A stretch of DNA of 64,000 nt from Cyanobacteria bacterium OH_CBrB_359 (GTDB lineage Bacteria; Cyanobacteriota; Vampirovibrionia; Gastranaerophilales; Gastranaerophilaceae), in assembly GCA_023433065.1 (NCBI GenBank), contig JAEZET010000006.1:4646-68645 (forward strand), given 5' to 3'. The position numbers and the translations under genes are program-made. Positions 18,574-26,943 of this stretch are shown here, piece by piece (positions within the stretch are counted from its first letter, which is position 1; every line of letters begins with the position of its first letter). The notes beneath the pieces were generated by a model. That model searched no databases and was not told the DNA's origin. It saw only the letters and a program-made list of their open reading frames with translations.

Positions 18574-18713
18574 GAGCAAAAGTTGGCTAAAAATAATCAA
18601 AAAAAAGAAAAAGCAATGCGAAACAAAGAAAATGCTAACAAGTATAAAAAAAGAACAACTAGCAAGTTTGGCAGAAGAAATAATCAAAATTAATTAATTA
18701 AAAATTATTTAAA

Positions 18714-18738
18714 AAGACCGGTTTATTAAACCGGTCTT
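18714..18738. terminator. bidirectional terminator between convergent genes
   Basis: AAGACCGGTTTA / TAAACCGGTCTT palindrome, flanked by an A-tract and a T-tract. Confidence 0.7.
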
Positions 18739-18760
18739 TATTTAGTTTAATCTTCCAAGA

Positions 18761-20500
18761 TTACTTTAAATCTCTATAAGAATCTTTGAATCTGTCTTCA
18801 TATGTTGTATGAAGCATCTCGTGGGCTTTATGAGAATTAGGTTTTTCAAAATATTCATCATATAGTCTTTTAATCATTGGATTTTCATGGGATTTTCTGA
18901 TTTTACACTTAGTATCATCAGTATATAGGCCTTGGGCTCTTCTTGCCTTAATTCTGCCGTCATTAAAGCTTAATGGTTGTCCGCCGCCATTAATACATCC
19001 GCCGGGGCATGCCATCACTTCAAGCATTTGATAGTCGGCTTTACCCTCTTTAACTTCTTGAATGCACTTTTCGGCTTCTTTTAAAGTACTTACAACTTTA
19101 ACTTTCACTTTAGTTCCCTTAAGGTCAAGTTCAATTGTTTTAGAGGTTTCCATACCTCTAACTTGTTTAATGTCAACATCTTTAAGGGTTTCACCTGTTG
19201 TAAGTTCATAAGCTGTTCTGATAGCAGCTTCTGCAACACCGCCTGAAGCACCGAATATTGTACCTGCACCTGAGAACTCACCAAACGGAGTATCCAGTTC
19301 TTCAGGTTGAAGATGATTAAAATCAATACCTGCAGATTTAATCATCTTACCAAGTTCTTGAGTAGTAATTATATAATCAACATCATATCTTCCGTTTGTC
19401 ATAAGCTGCGGTCTTTTTGCTTCAACCTTTTTAGCTGTACAAGGCATTATAGAAACGCTTACGATATTATCAAGATTGAAGCCTTCATAGTATCTTGGGA
19501 CAAATTCTTTTATAACAGAAGCAAGCATGCCTTGCGGAGACTTACATGTTGAAAGATGTCTAATCATATCAGGATGAGACTGTTCGATATATTTTACCCA
19601 GGCTTGGCAGCAAGAAGTAAATAAAGGCAAATCTCTATTTTCATTTAATCTTGCTAAAAACTCCGTAGCTTCTTCCATAATTGTAAGGTCAGCTGCAAAG
19701 TTTGTATCAAATACCAAATCAAAGCCTATTGCTCTTAAAGCAGAAGCGATTAATTTAATAGTATTTTCTCCAGGTGGAAGCCCGAACATCTCTCCTAATG
19801 CAACTCTTACAGAAGGTGCGATTTGAGCGATAACTTTTTTCTTAGGATTTGTAATTTCATCCCAAACTTTTAAAACATCAGATTTAATTGTCAAAGCGCC
19901 TGTAGGACATACTGCAGCGCACTGACCGCAATAAACACAATCGACTTCGCCAAGGTTTTTTCCTGCCATTGGTTGAACCAATGTTTTAGAGCCTCTGTTT
20001 GCGAATCCCAATATACTATGTCCTTGATGCTCTGTACAAGCTCTTACACAAGCCCCGCAAAGGATACACTTATTAGGATCTCTGACTATTGAAGGGTTAG
20101 AATCATCAATAGGCAATAACTCTTCTTTTTTGGCATATTTTATGTCAGTTATGCCGTATTCTTCAGAATATTTTTGAAGTTCACAAGTTCCGGAGCGCTC
20201 ACATGTTGTGCATTCTCTGTCGTGATTTGCAAGAATAAGCTCTAATACTGTTCTTCTTATTCTTCTTGTTCTTTCTGTATTGGTATGTATAACCAGACCT
20301 GGCTCCGGAGGCATTGTACAGGAGGATTGGATACCTCTTCCTTCAATCTCCACAACGCACATTCTGCAAGCACCAAACGGTGTCAAATCAGGTCTATAGC
20401 AAAATGTAGGAACATTCATCCCTGCTTTTCTAATTACTTCCAAAATATTCTGTTCGTTAGTATATTCTACTTCTTTACCATTTATCGTTAATGTACTCAT
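18761..20500 (-). CDS. hydA: [FeFe] hydrogenase catalytic subunit (HydA/HndD type, with 2Fe-2S and 4Fe-4S accessory domains)
   Basis: H-cluster motifs FTSCCQAW, MPCTAKKVE and EVMACPGGCINGGGQP. N-terminal 2Fe-2S ferredoxin-like domain and CxxCxxCxxxC clusters. Confidence 0.92.
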   Translation of the reverse strand: MSTLTINGKEVEYTNEQNILEVIRKAGMNVPTFCYRPDLTPFGACRMCVVEIEGRGIQSSCTMPPEPGLVIHTNTERTRRIRRTVLELILANHDRECTTCERSGTCELQKYSEEYGITDIKYAKKEELLPIDDSNPSIVRDPNKCILCGACVRACTEHQGHSILGFANRGSKTLVQPMAGKNLGEVDCVYCGQCAAVCPTGALTIKSDVLKVWDEITNPKKKVIAQIAPSVRVALGEMFGLPPGENTIKLIASALRAIGFDLVFDTNFAADLTIMEEATEFLARLNENRDLPLFTSCCQAWVKYIEQSHPDMIRHLSTCKSPQGMLASVIKEFVPRYYEGFNLDNIVSVSIMPCTAKKVEAKRPQLMTNGRYDVDYIITTQELGKMIKSAGIDFNHLQPEELDTPFGEFSGAGTIFGASGGVAEAAIRTAYELTTGETLKDVDIKQVRGMETSKTIELDLKGTKVKVKVVSTLKEAEKCIQEVKEGKADYQMLEVMACPGGCINGGGQPLSFNDGRIKARRAQGLYTDDTKCKIRKSHENPMIKRLYDEYFEKPNSHKAHEMLHTTYEDRFKDSYRDLK

Positions 20501-20518
20501 ACTTATTTTCCCTCTTCT

Positions 20519-22378
20519 CTACAGCTGCTTAATCGCTTTAAACGGGCAAGAATTCAAGCAGGCTCCGCACTTAATACATTTATCCTGATTAATTATAAAC
20601 GGAGACTTAATTTCACCTGAAATTGCACCTACAGGACAAGTTCTGGCACATTTTGAACAGCCTTTGCATAAAGATTCGTCAATAACAATTTTCTTCATTG
20701 CGCTGCAAACGCCGGCAGGACATTTTTTATCCTGAATATGTGCAATGTACTCATCACGAAAATATTTTAAAGTAGATAAAACAGGGTTAGGAGCTGTTTT
20801 ACCCAAACCGCATAAAGAACCGTCTTTAACTGCAATTGCAAGCTCTTCCAATATTTCCAAATCCTTCATTTCACCGTTACCTTTAACGATTTTCTCAAGG
20901 ATTTTAAGCATATTTTTTGTGCCTTCTCTGCAAGGAACGCATTTACCGCAAGATTCGTTCTGTGTAAAATTCATAAAGAACCTTGCCACCTCAACAATAC
21001 AGGTGTCTTCATTCATAACAACAAGACCGCCGGATCCGACCATTGCTCCTGCTTTGATTAAAGAATCATAATCCATAGACAAATCCAAATGTTCTTCTGT
21101 TAAGCATCCGCCTGAAGGGCCGCCTATTTGTACAGCTTTAAATTTTTTGCCGTTTCTAATGCCGCCGCCTATATCAAATACAATTTCTCTCAATGTGGTT
21201 CCCATAGGAACTTCAATCAGACCCGTGTTATTAACCTCGCCTGTTAAAGCGAATGTTTTTGTGCCTTTTGAATTTTCTGTTCCCAAAGAACTAAACCACT
21301 CTGCACCTTTTCTTATTATAACGGGAATGTTAGCTAAAGTTTCAACGTTATTAATCAAAGTCGGTTTTCCGAATAAACCTTTATTCGCCGGAAACGGAGG
21401 TTTCGGTCTTGGCATACCTCTTTCGCCTTCAATAGAAGCAATAAGAGCAGTTTCCTCACCGCAAACAAAAGCTCCAGCACCTTCTTTGATATGAATATCA
21501 AAGTTAAAAGAGCTTCCCATAATATTTTTACCCAAATATCCAACTTTTTCCGCAGATTCAATTGCGATTCTTAAACGTTTAATTGCAAGAGGATACTCGG
21601 CTCTCACATATATATAAGCTTCATCAGCGCCTATTGCAAAACCTGCAATTGCCATGCCTTCTAAAAGTTTATGAGGATCGCCTTCCATAATACTTCTATC
21701 CATAAAAGCACCCGGGTCACCTTCATCGCCGTTGCATACGACATATTTTTTATCGCTCTGGGCATTAGCGGTGAAACGCCATTTTCTGCCTGTAGGAAAT
21801 CCGCCGCCGCCTCTTCCTCTTAAGCCTGATTTTTCTATTGTTTCTATAACTGATTCAGGATTATTTTCCTCAAGAACTTTGGCTAGAGCTTCATATCCGT
21901 TAACGGAAACAGCTTCTTCAATACTTTCAGCATTAATATGGCCACAATTAGCAAGAGCTGTTCTTGTTTGCTTAGCATAGAAATTTATATCTTCGCTTTT
22001 AAATATATGTTTATTTGTTTTAGGATCAACGTATAATAACCTTTCAACAGGTTTTCCGTTTTTAATATGACTTTCAACTATCTCTTCAACATCGCCCAAT
22101 CTTACTTTTACATAAGTGACGTCCAAATCAGGTATTATAACCAAAACTCCCTGTTCACAAAAACCATGACATCCCGTAGGAATAACCATAACTTTGTCAT
22201 GAGCAGTTGCAACAGATACATTTGCACCTAATTCTTTAAATTTTTGGATAACTGCAATTGAACCGTTAGCAACGCAACCTGTTCCTGCACATACAAGGAC
22301 TCTTAAACCTTGCGCTGCAATATGTTCATGTGCTTTTTTCTGTTCATTTGATATATCGACATTAAGCGTATTTACCAT
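20519..22378 (-). CDS. hydB: hydrogenase NuoF-like flavoprotein subunit (HydB/HndC)
   Basis: GLRGRGGGGFPTG.KW FMN/NADH site, ESCGKC.PCREG N3 cluster, C-terminal 2x[4Fe-4S] ferredoxin. Confidence 0.9.
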   Translation of the reverse strand: MVNTLNVDISNEQKKAHEHIAAQGLRVLVCAGTGCVANGSIAVIQKFKELGANVSVATAHDKVMVIPTGCHGFCEQGVLVIIPDLDVTYVKVRLGDVEEIVESHIKNGKPVERLLYVDPKTNKHIFKSEDINFYAKQTRTALANCGHINAESIEEAVSVNGYEALAKVLEENNPESVIETIEKSGLRGRGGGGFPTGRKWRFTANAQSDKKYVVCNGDEGDPGAFMDRSIMEGDPHKLLEGMAIAGFAIGADEAYIYVRAEYPLAIKRLRIAIESAEKVGYLGKNIMGSSFNFDIHIKEGAGAFVCGEETALIASIEGERGMPRPKPPFPANKGLFGKPTLINNVETLANIPVIIRKGAEWFSSLGTENSKGTKTFALTGEVNNTGLIEVPMGTTLREIVFDIGGGIRNGKKFKAVQIGGPSGGCLTEEHLDLSMDYDSLIKAGAMVGSGGLVVMNEDTCIVEVARFFMNFTQNESCGKCVPCREGTKNMLKILEKIVKGNGEMKDLEILEELAIAVKDGSLCGLGKTAPNPVLSTLKYFRDEYIAHIQDKKCPAGVCSAMKKIVIDESLCKGCSKCARTCPVGAISGEIKSPFIINQDKCIKCGACLNSCPFKAIKQL

Positions 22379-22379
22379 T

Positions 22380-22877
22380 TTAGCCCTCATTTTCTTCTTT
22401 GATAATTGTATCCAAAACCACTTTCATAGCATCAGCAGTCATTTGAGGATAGACCTTATCATTTATAACAACAACAGGCGCTAAACCGCATGCCCCAAGG
22501 CAACTTACTGTTTCACAAGAAAATAATCCGTCTTTTGTTGTTAACTGTCCTTCTTCAAGATTCAATTTAGCCCTAATAGCTCTCAATACCGGCATTGAAC
22601 CTCTAACATGGCATGCAGTGCCATCACACACTTTAACTTCAAATTTCCCTTTAGGGTTTAAACTAAACTGTGCGTAAAAAGTTGCAACGCCATAAACAGT
22701 AGCAGGTGACAACCCTTCAATTTTAGTACCGATGTATGTTAAAACATCTAAAGGAAGATATTTATATACTTCCTGAACCTTTTGCAACATTGCAATCAGG
22801 TAAGATTTTTTGGCTGAATACGAATTAATAATATCATCAATCTTCGCATAGTCAATTTTGGTTTGACTTTCAGTCAT
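22380..22877 (-). CDS. hydC: hydrogenase NuoE-like 2Fe-2S subunit (HydC/HndA)
   Basis: VCDGTACHVRG...CLGACGLAPV thioredoxin-like 2Fe-2S motif. The ATG at 22877 is preceded by AAGGAG. Confidence 0.85.
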   Translation of the reverse strand: MTESQTKIDYAKIDDIINSYSAKKSYLIAMLQKVQEVYKYLPLDVLTYIGTKIEGLSPATVYGVATFYAQFSLNPKGKFEVKVCDGTACHVRGSMPVLRAIRAKLNLEEGQLTTKDGLFSCETVSCLGACGLAPVVVINDKVYPQMTADAMKVVLDTIIKEENEG

Positions 22878-22933
22878 CGCACTCTCCTTTTGTAAACATT
22901 CTGTTTCCATAATTTCTCCGACTTGTAACGTTA

Positions 22934-22951
22934 TTGTGAAAAATATCACAA
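22934..22951 (-). promoter_or_regulatory. Rex-type (redox-sensing repressor) operator upstream of hydCBA
   Basis: TTGTGAAAAATATCACAA versus Rex consensus TTGTGAA-N4-TTCACAA (one mismatch). It also reads as TGTGA-N6-TCACA. Centre is about 65 nt upstream of the hydC ATG. Confidence 0.55.
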
Positions 22952-23170
22952 TATAATTATCCTATATGAAGAAATAAAATCAAGTCTAAAAAAGGGCAAA
23001 AAACTAATCATATATTATTATCTACATAAGATTCAAATTTCTTTTCAATAATATATTTTTTAAAAAATAATTTCTAATTTTCATTACCAATAAAACTGTT
23101 CAAACATTATGATTGCATAAAATTTTGAATTTAGATTTAAAAAAAGTAAAACATTCGTCAGTATAATAAA

Positions 23171-24145
23171 TTACAACATTTTTAACGCAAGTCTGATAGC
23201 GTTAGCCATACTTTTTTCTGAGGCAATATTTTTCCCGGCAATATCGAACGCAGTACCATGTGCAGGAGAGGTTCTTACAACATCAAGACCTATTGTTGTA
23301 TTCACCGTACAATCCATCCCGAGCAACTTTACAGGGATGAGACCCTGATCATGGTAACTCGCCACATAACAATCATAATAAGGCTTTTCTCCATGCTGTA
23401 AAGATTTAGATAAATTCATAAACAAACCGTCGGAAGGAAATGGACCATCTATTAAAATTCCGCTATTCTCAAGTTCTTTTATTGCGGGATAATATTCTTT
23501 TATCTCTTCATCGCCAAACATTCCATTTTCTCCTGCATGAGGGTTTAAAGAACATAATGCAAGTTTAGGTTTTTTAACTTTAAAATGTTTTTTAAGCGAC
23601 CCGTTAAGATTTTTAATCTCAGAAATAATTAAATCTTTGTTTATGGAATCTGCCACTTTTCTAAGAGCAATATGCCTTGTCAAAAGTAGTACTCTAATAT
23701 CTCCCATTACAAAAAGCATCTGGGCTTTTTGATTCGGTCTACCAATGTATTTTTCAACAATCTCAGTTTGTCCTGAATACAAGTGTCCTGCAAGTTTGAG
23801 AGCATATTTTGATATTGGAGCGGTCACTATTGAATGCACATACCCGTTTTTTACCAAGTCACATGCTTTTTTTATTGCACTAAAAGCAAATTCTCCTGCC
23901 TCTTTGGTTTCCTGAGAAGGCTTAATGTCTGAATCTTTGTATTCAATTTCAACAATTTCATAATCCTTATCAAGACATAAATCAAAATGTTTTTTATAAT
24001 AATCAAAAACAGCCCTATTGCCTATTAAAACAAATCGATTAGAATCCAAAGACAATGAGTTAAGGGATTTAATGACAATCTCCGGAGAAATACTGTTGGG
24101 ATCTCCAAGAGTTATTGCTATTTTTTTTGACGAACTCGTGGACAT
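23171..24145 (-). CDS. PdxA-family NAD-dependent 4-phospho-(hydroxy)acid dehydrogenase, probably PdxA2-type
   Basis: ITLGDPNSI.PEI, NPHAGENG and SPAHGTAFDIAGK motifs. Start overlaps the stop of the DUF1537 kinase gene. Confidence 0.8.
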   Translation of the reverse strand: MSTSSSKKIAITLGDPNSISPEIVIKSLNSLSLDSNRFVLIGNRAVFDYYKKHFDLCLDKDYEIVEIEYKDSDIKPSQETKEAGEFAFSAIKKACDLVKNGYVHSIVTAPISKYALKLAGHLYSGQTEIVEKYIGRPNQKAQMLFVMGDIRVLLLTRHIALRKVADSINKDLIISEIKNLNGSLKKHFKVKKPKLALCSLNPHAGENGMFGDEEIKEYYPAIKELENSGILIDGPFPSDGLFMNLSKSLQHGEKPYYDCYVASYHDQGLIPVKLLGMDCTVNTTIGLDVVRTSPAHGTAFDIAGKNIASEKSMANAIRLALKML

Positions 24146-25449
24146 TATTTATGCTGCTCAAAATATTTTATAACATCAATCAGTGTATTAGGAGTACCCA
24201 GATTTCCTGACTTTGTGACAATCCACTGTGCTTTATGGTCTATGCAAAGAGGAATTGCAGGCGCAACAGCATCTATAAGCTGAATGTTCTGGCTATCTAT
24301 TGCTTTGCAGCATTTATAAGATGTTTCTCCGCCAACTGTTATTAATATTACCTCTTTTTCATCAATAATTTGTTTTGTAATTTTAGCAAGGTAATCACCT
24401 ATCATTGAAGTAAACCTGTTTTTGGTGAGTTCATTTTCAAAAAGAACCTGAGAAAGATCTTCATCTTTACCTATCAGATTAGAAGAATGAATCACAACGA
24501 TATTATCCTTAACCAAATTGCAAACTGCTCTTTCAACAATTTCATTTGTTCTGCTCTGAAATATATCGCTTAGTTTAAGATCAATAAAATATGTATTATC
24601 TAAATCTTCATCCTCGGAGAGTTTTCTGAGCTGAGTAGCTGTAAGCTCAGTGGAGCTTCCTGAAATAATGAGTTTTGGAAGTTCAGGAATTGTTTTAGTT
24701 ATATGATGGTATTTCATCTCCGGTAACCATATGTTACCCAGAGACTGTGCTGCACCTGCAGAACCACAAGGAAGAATTTTATGATTGCTTTTTTCTGTTG
24801 CCAGAATAATCTGGTCAATATCAACTGTTGATACAGCATCTGCTACTATCAGTTTTTTCCCTCCGGCAATCAACTCATTAAGTTTCATCAGAATAGGGCC
24901 TGCACCTTTCATAACGGTTTTCAATTCCAAAAGCCCGACTAAATGCTGCTTTTCTTCACTGAGTTGTTTTTTTAATATTGAAGGAATGTCAGATTCATAA
25001 ATAGGTGACTGCGGATCTCTTGCAAGCTCAGTCCTTTCAATAGGTATACCTTTGAGAAGATGATATCCTCCCACAGTTATTCTTCCTTCATTAGGAAAAG
25101 CAGGTAAAATAACTGCTGCATCCCATTTTAAGACATCAAGCATACTTAAAATTTCAGGTGCAATATTACCCCTTATTGTAGAATCAATTTTTTTATAGAA
25201 ATACTCGATATTAAAATTTTTGATAAGGTTTTCTGTAGCAGCCTTAACTTTTTCCTTAGCAGTTTCAGCATCAATGTTTCTGCTCTCAGTAGAAACAGCC
25301 CATGCCTGTGTGTGAGTAATTCCGTCAGGATGAGATTTATAATCAAGCAATATCTGAGTATTGCAACCTCTCATATGAAACTGCAAAGCTGTATCATTTG
25401 CGCCTGTTAAATCATCAGCTATAATACCTATTGAACTTGCTATAAACAT
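24145..25449 (-). CDS. four-carbon acid sugar kinase (DUF1537 family)
   Basis: IGIIADDLTGANDTALQF N-terminus, 434 aa, paired with a PdxA-like gene. Confidence 0.75.
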   Translation of the reverse strand: MFIASSIGIIADDLTGANDTALQFHMRGCNTQILLDYKSHPDGITHTQAWAVSTESRNIDAETAKEKVKAATENLIKNFNIEYFYKKIDSTIRGNIAPEILSMLDVLKWDAAVILPAFPNEGRITVGGYHLLKGIPIERTELARDPQSPIYESDIPSILKKQLSEEKQHLVGLLELKTVMKGAGPILMKLNELIAGGKKLIVADAVSTVDIDQIILATEKSNHKILPCGSAGAAQSLGNIWLPEMKYHHITKTIPELPKLIISGSSTELTATQLRKLSEDEDLDNTYFIDLKLSDIFQSRTNEIVERAVCNLVKDNIVVIHSSNLIGKDEDLSQVLFENELTKNRFTSMIGDYLAKITKQIIDEKEVILITVGGETSYKCCKAIDSQNIQLIDAVAPAIPLCIDHKAQWIVTKSGNLGTPNTLIDVIKYFEQHK

Positions 25450-25463
25450 AAATTTGCCTTAAA

Positions 25464-25784
25464 TTAATTTTCGCTTCTACCCAAAAGTCTTAAGTTGTTA
25501 GCTCTAATTAAAAATCTTTCTTTTTGAACCCCGTCAGGTCCTGACCATTTGCTGCTTGCCAATCTCCCGTCAATAGCGACCATACGTCCTTTTTTAACAT
25601 ATTCTCCTGCTATCTCGGCTGATTTATCCCAAAGTTCAACATTGAACCAGTCAGTAACTTCGGATTTGGATTTTGTATCCCATCTTGAAACCGCTATAGA
25701 AAAAGTTGTTTTCACTTTTCCGGATTCAAAATATTTCATCTCGGGGTCCTGTCCGGCACGTCCGACTAATACAACTGAATTCAT
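25464..25784 (-). CDS. ssb: single-stranded DNA-binding protein, short form without acidic C-terminal tail
   Basis: MNSVVLVGRAGQDPEMKYF.SGK...FS.AV OB-fold signature. 106 aa ending ...LLGRSEN. Confidence 0.8.
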   Translation of the reverse strand: MNSVVLVGRAGQDPEMKYFESGKVKTTFSIAVSRWDTKSKSEVTDWFNVELWDKSAEIAGEYVKKGRMVAIDGRLASSKWSGPDGVQKERFLIRANNLRLLGRSEN

Positions 25785-25872
25785 ATTATTTCCTCTTTTA
25801 CTTTCAATTTCAAAATTATATTAAATAATTATATCATTTACAAACTATGTTAATAATTAATATTAAGTTTTA

Positions 25873-26841
25873 CTACTTATTGCGGTTTTGCATAATACTT
25901 CTGGCCCTATCGTAAAGCTCGAAATTCAAGCCGTTTTCTTGAGCCTTTTCTCTGGCAAAATCAATAAGTTCATACATAAATTTGGGAACATGCATAAAAT
26001 TATAAGAAAACCAGATGCCCTCAATCTCTATTATAATTGCCTTAACCCCTATTTGTTTATTCTTATTCATAAACTTTTCAATCTCTTTTTTATTGTCGTT
26101 AATCCCGGGAAGAATAATATATTTAGCTTTAACAAGATCATTTCTTACTTGGGCAGAGGCATACTTTTCAAGATTTTTCCAAACATGATTATAAGTTTCA
26201 ACCTGTTTTATTCTCTTGTGGATTTTTTCTGTTGCACAATCAGGAGAAATGATTATTTTTAAAGAGCCTGCATTAAGACCTTTTTCGATTGATTTACTGT
26301 ATTGAACTCCGGAAGAGTGAATAAGAATAGGAGCAGAATTGTCACAATAAGGAAGAAAAAGATTTAAAAGTTCATCAAATTCTTTTAGAAGAGTGACCTC
26401 ACCGCCTCCAAAGTTGACATGGTCAAGCCTTGTAAATATTCCCTTATCAAGCATATCTTTAATAACTGGGAATATATCATAAATCTTCTCACCGTTATAA
26501 AATTCTTTGTCTTCCATTGTGTAACAGTAGATACATCTTGAATTACACTTTGACCAGTGATCGATGTTAATTGTGTCAATATGGTCTCCAAATTCCGGCC
26601 ATTCTTTTTCCTGAAGGAATACGCACCCCTCACATTTGTAAAAAGTACCGCCTTGTTTGTGAAGCTCTTTGATTCTGTTTTTAAGTTTAAAAAATCTTTC
26701 CCAATCTATTAGCTCTCCCTTGTAATCTGTTAAGATATCGGGATTTCCCATTCTTCTGGGCAAAGATACGCAACAAGCTTTGACTGCATCTTTAGAAAAA
26801 GTTATTCCCCTTTCGAGCCAAACACAACTTTTATACTTCAA
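25873..26841 (-). CDS. radical SAM protein (paralog A) with Cys-rich N-terminal extension
   Basis: CNSRCIYC (CxxxCxxC), FGGGE SAM-binding motif, IILPGINDN. Conserved Cys6, Cys24, Cys70, Cys73 lie upstream of the cluster motif. Confidence 0.8.
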   Translation of the reverse strand: MKYKSCVWLERGITFSKDAVKACCVSLPRRMGNPDILTDYKGELIDWERFFKLKNRIKELHKQGGTFYKCEGCVFLQEKEWPEFGDHIDTINIDHWSKCNSRCIYCYTMEDKEFYNGEKIYDIFPVIKDMLDKGIFTRLDHVNFGGGEVTLLKEFDELLNLFLPYCDNSAPILIHSSGVQYSKSIEKGLNAGSLKIIISPDCATEKIHKRIKQVETYNHVWKNLEKYASAQVRNDLVKAKYIILPGINDNKKEIEKFMNKNKQIGVKAIIIEIEGIWFSYNFMHVPKFMYELIDFAREKAQENGLNFELYDRARSIMQNRNK

Positions 26842-26943
26842 AACAAAATCCTCTAACTTCTATAATTAATATTATAATTAATTTGTTAACAATAGTATAT
26901 AATATAATATAAATATATTTGTATTTAATATAAAGGATTCAAA

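Noticed and set aside
18500-18697. A 65-aa ORF in the track overlaps the 3' end of the zinc-ribbon gene.
   Set aside because: It is in a different frame from the zinc-ribbon gene, starts inside that gene and has no SD. The open frame of interest downstream of the TAG is the zinc-ribbon frame itself, reported separately.
22944-22960. A 17-nt identical string, TATCACAATATAATTAT, occurs upstream of both hydC (22944-22960) and coaD (53026-53042), each time in the promoter region of a minus-strand gene.
   Set aside because: A back-of-envelope estimate for this AT-rich composition suggests about one such 17-mer coincidence is expected in 64 kb. The coaD copy lacks the second half of the Rex-like palindrome. 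It is most likely overlapping -10-like AT-rich sequence.
26861-26882. A tandem TATAATTAAT-AT-TATAATTAAT repeat lies in the spacer between the two radical SAM genes.
   Set aside because: It is pure A/T and each copy contains a TATAAT. It is most simply read as -10 boxes of the divergent promoters rather than an operator or a coding feature.
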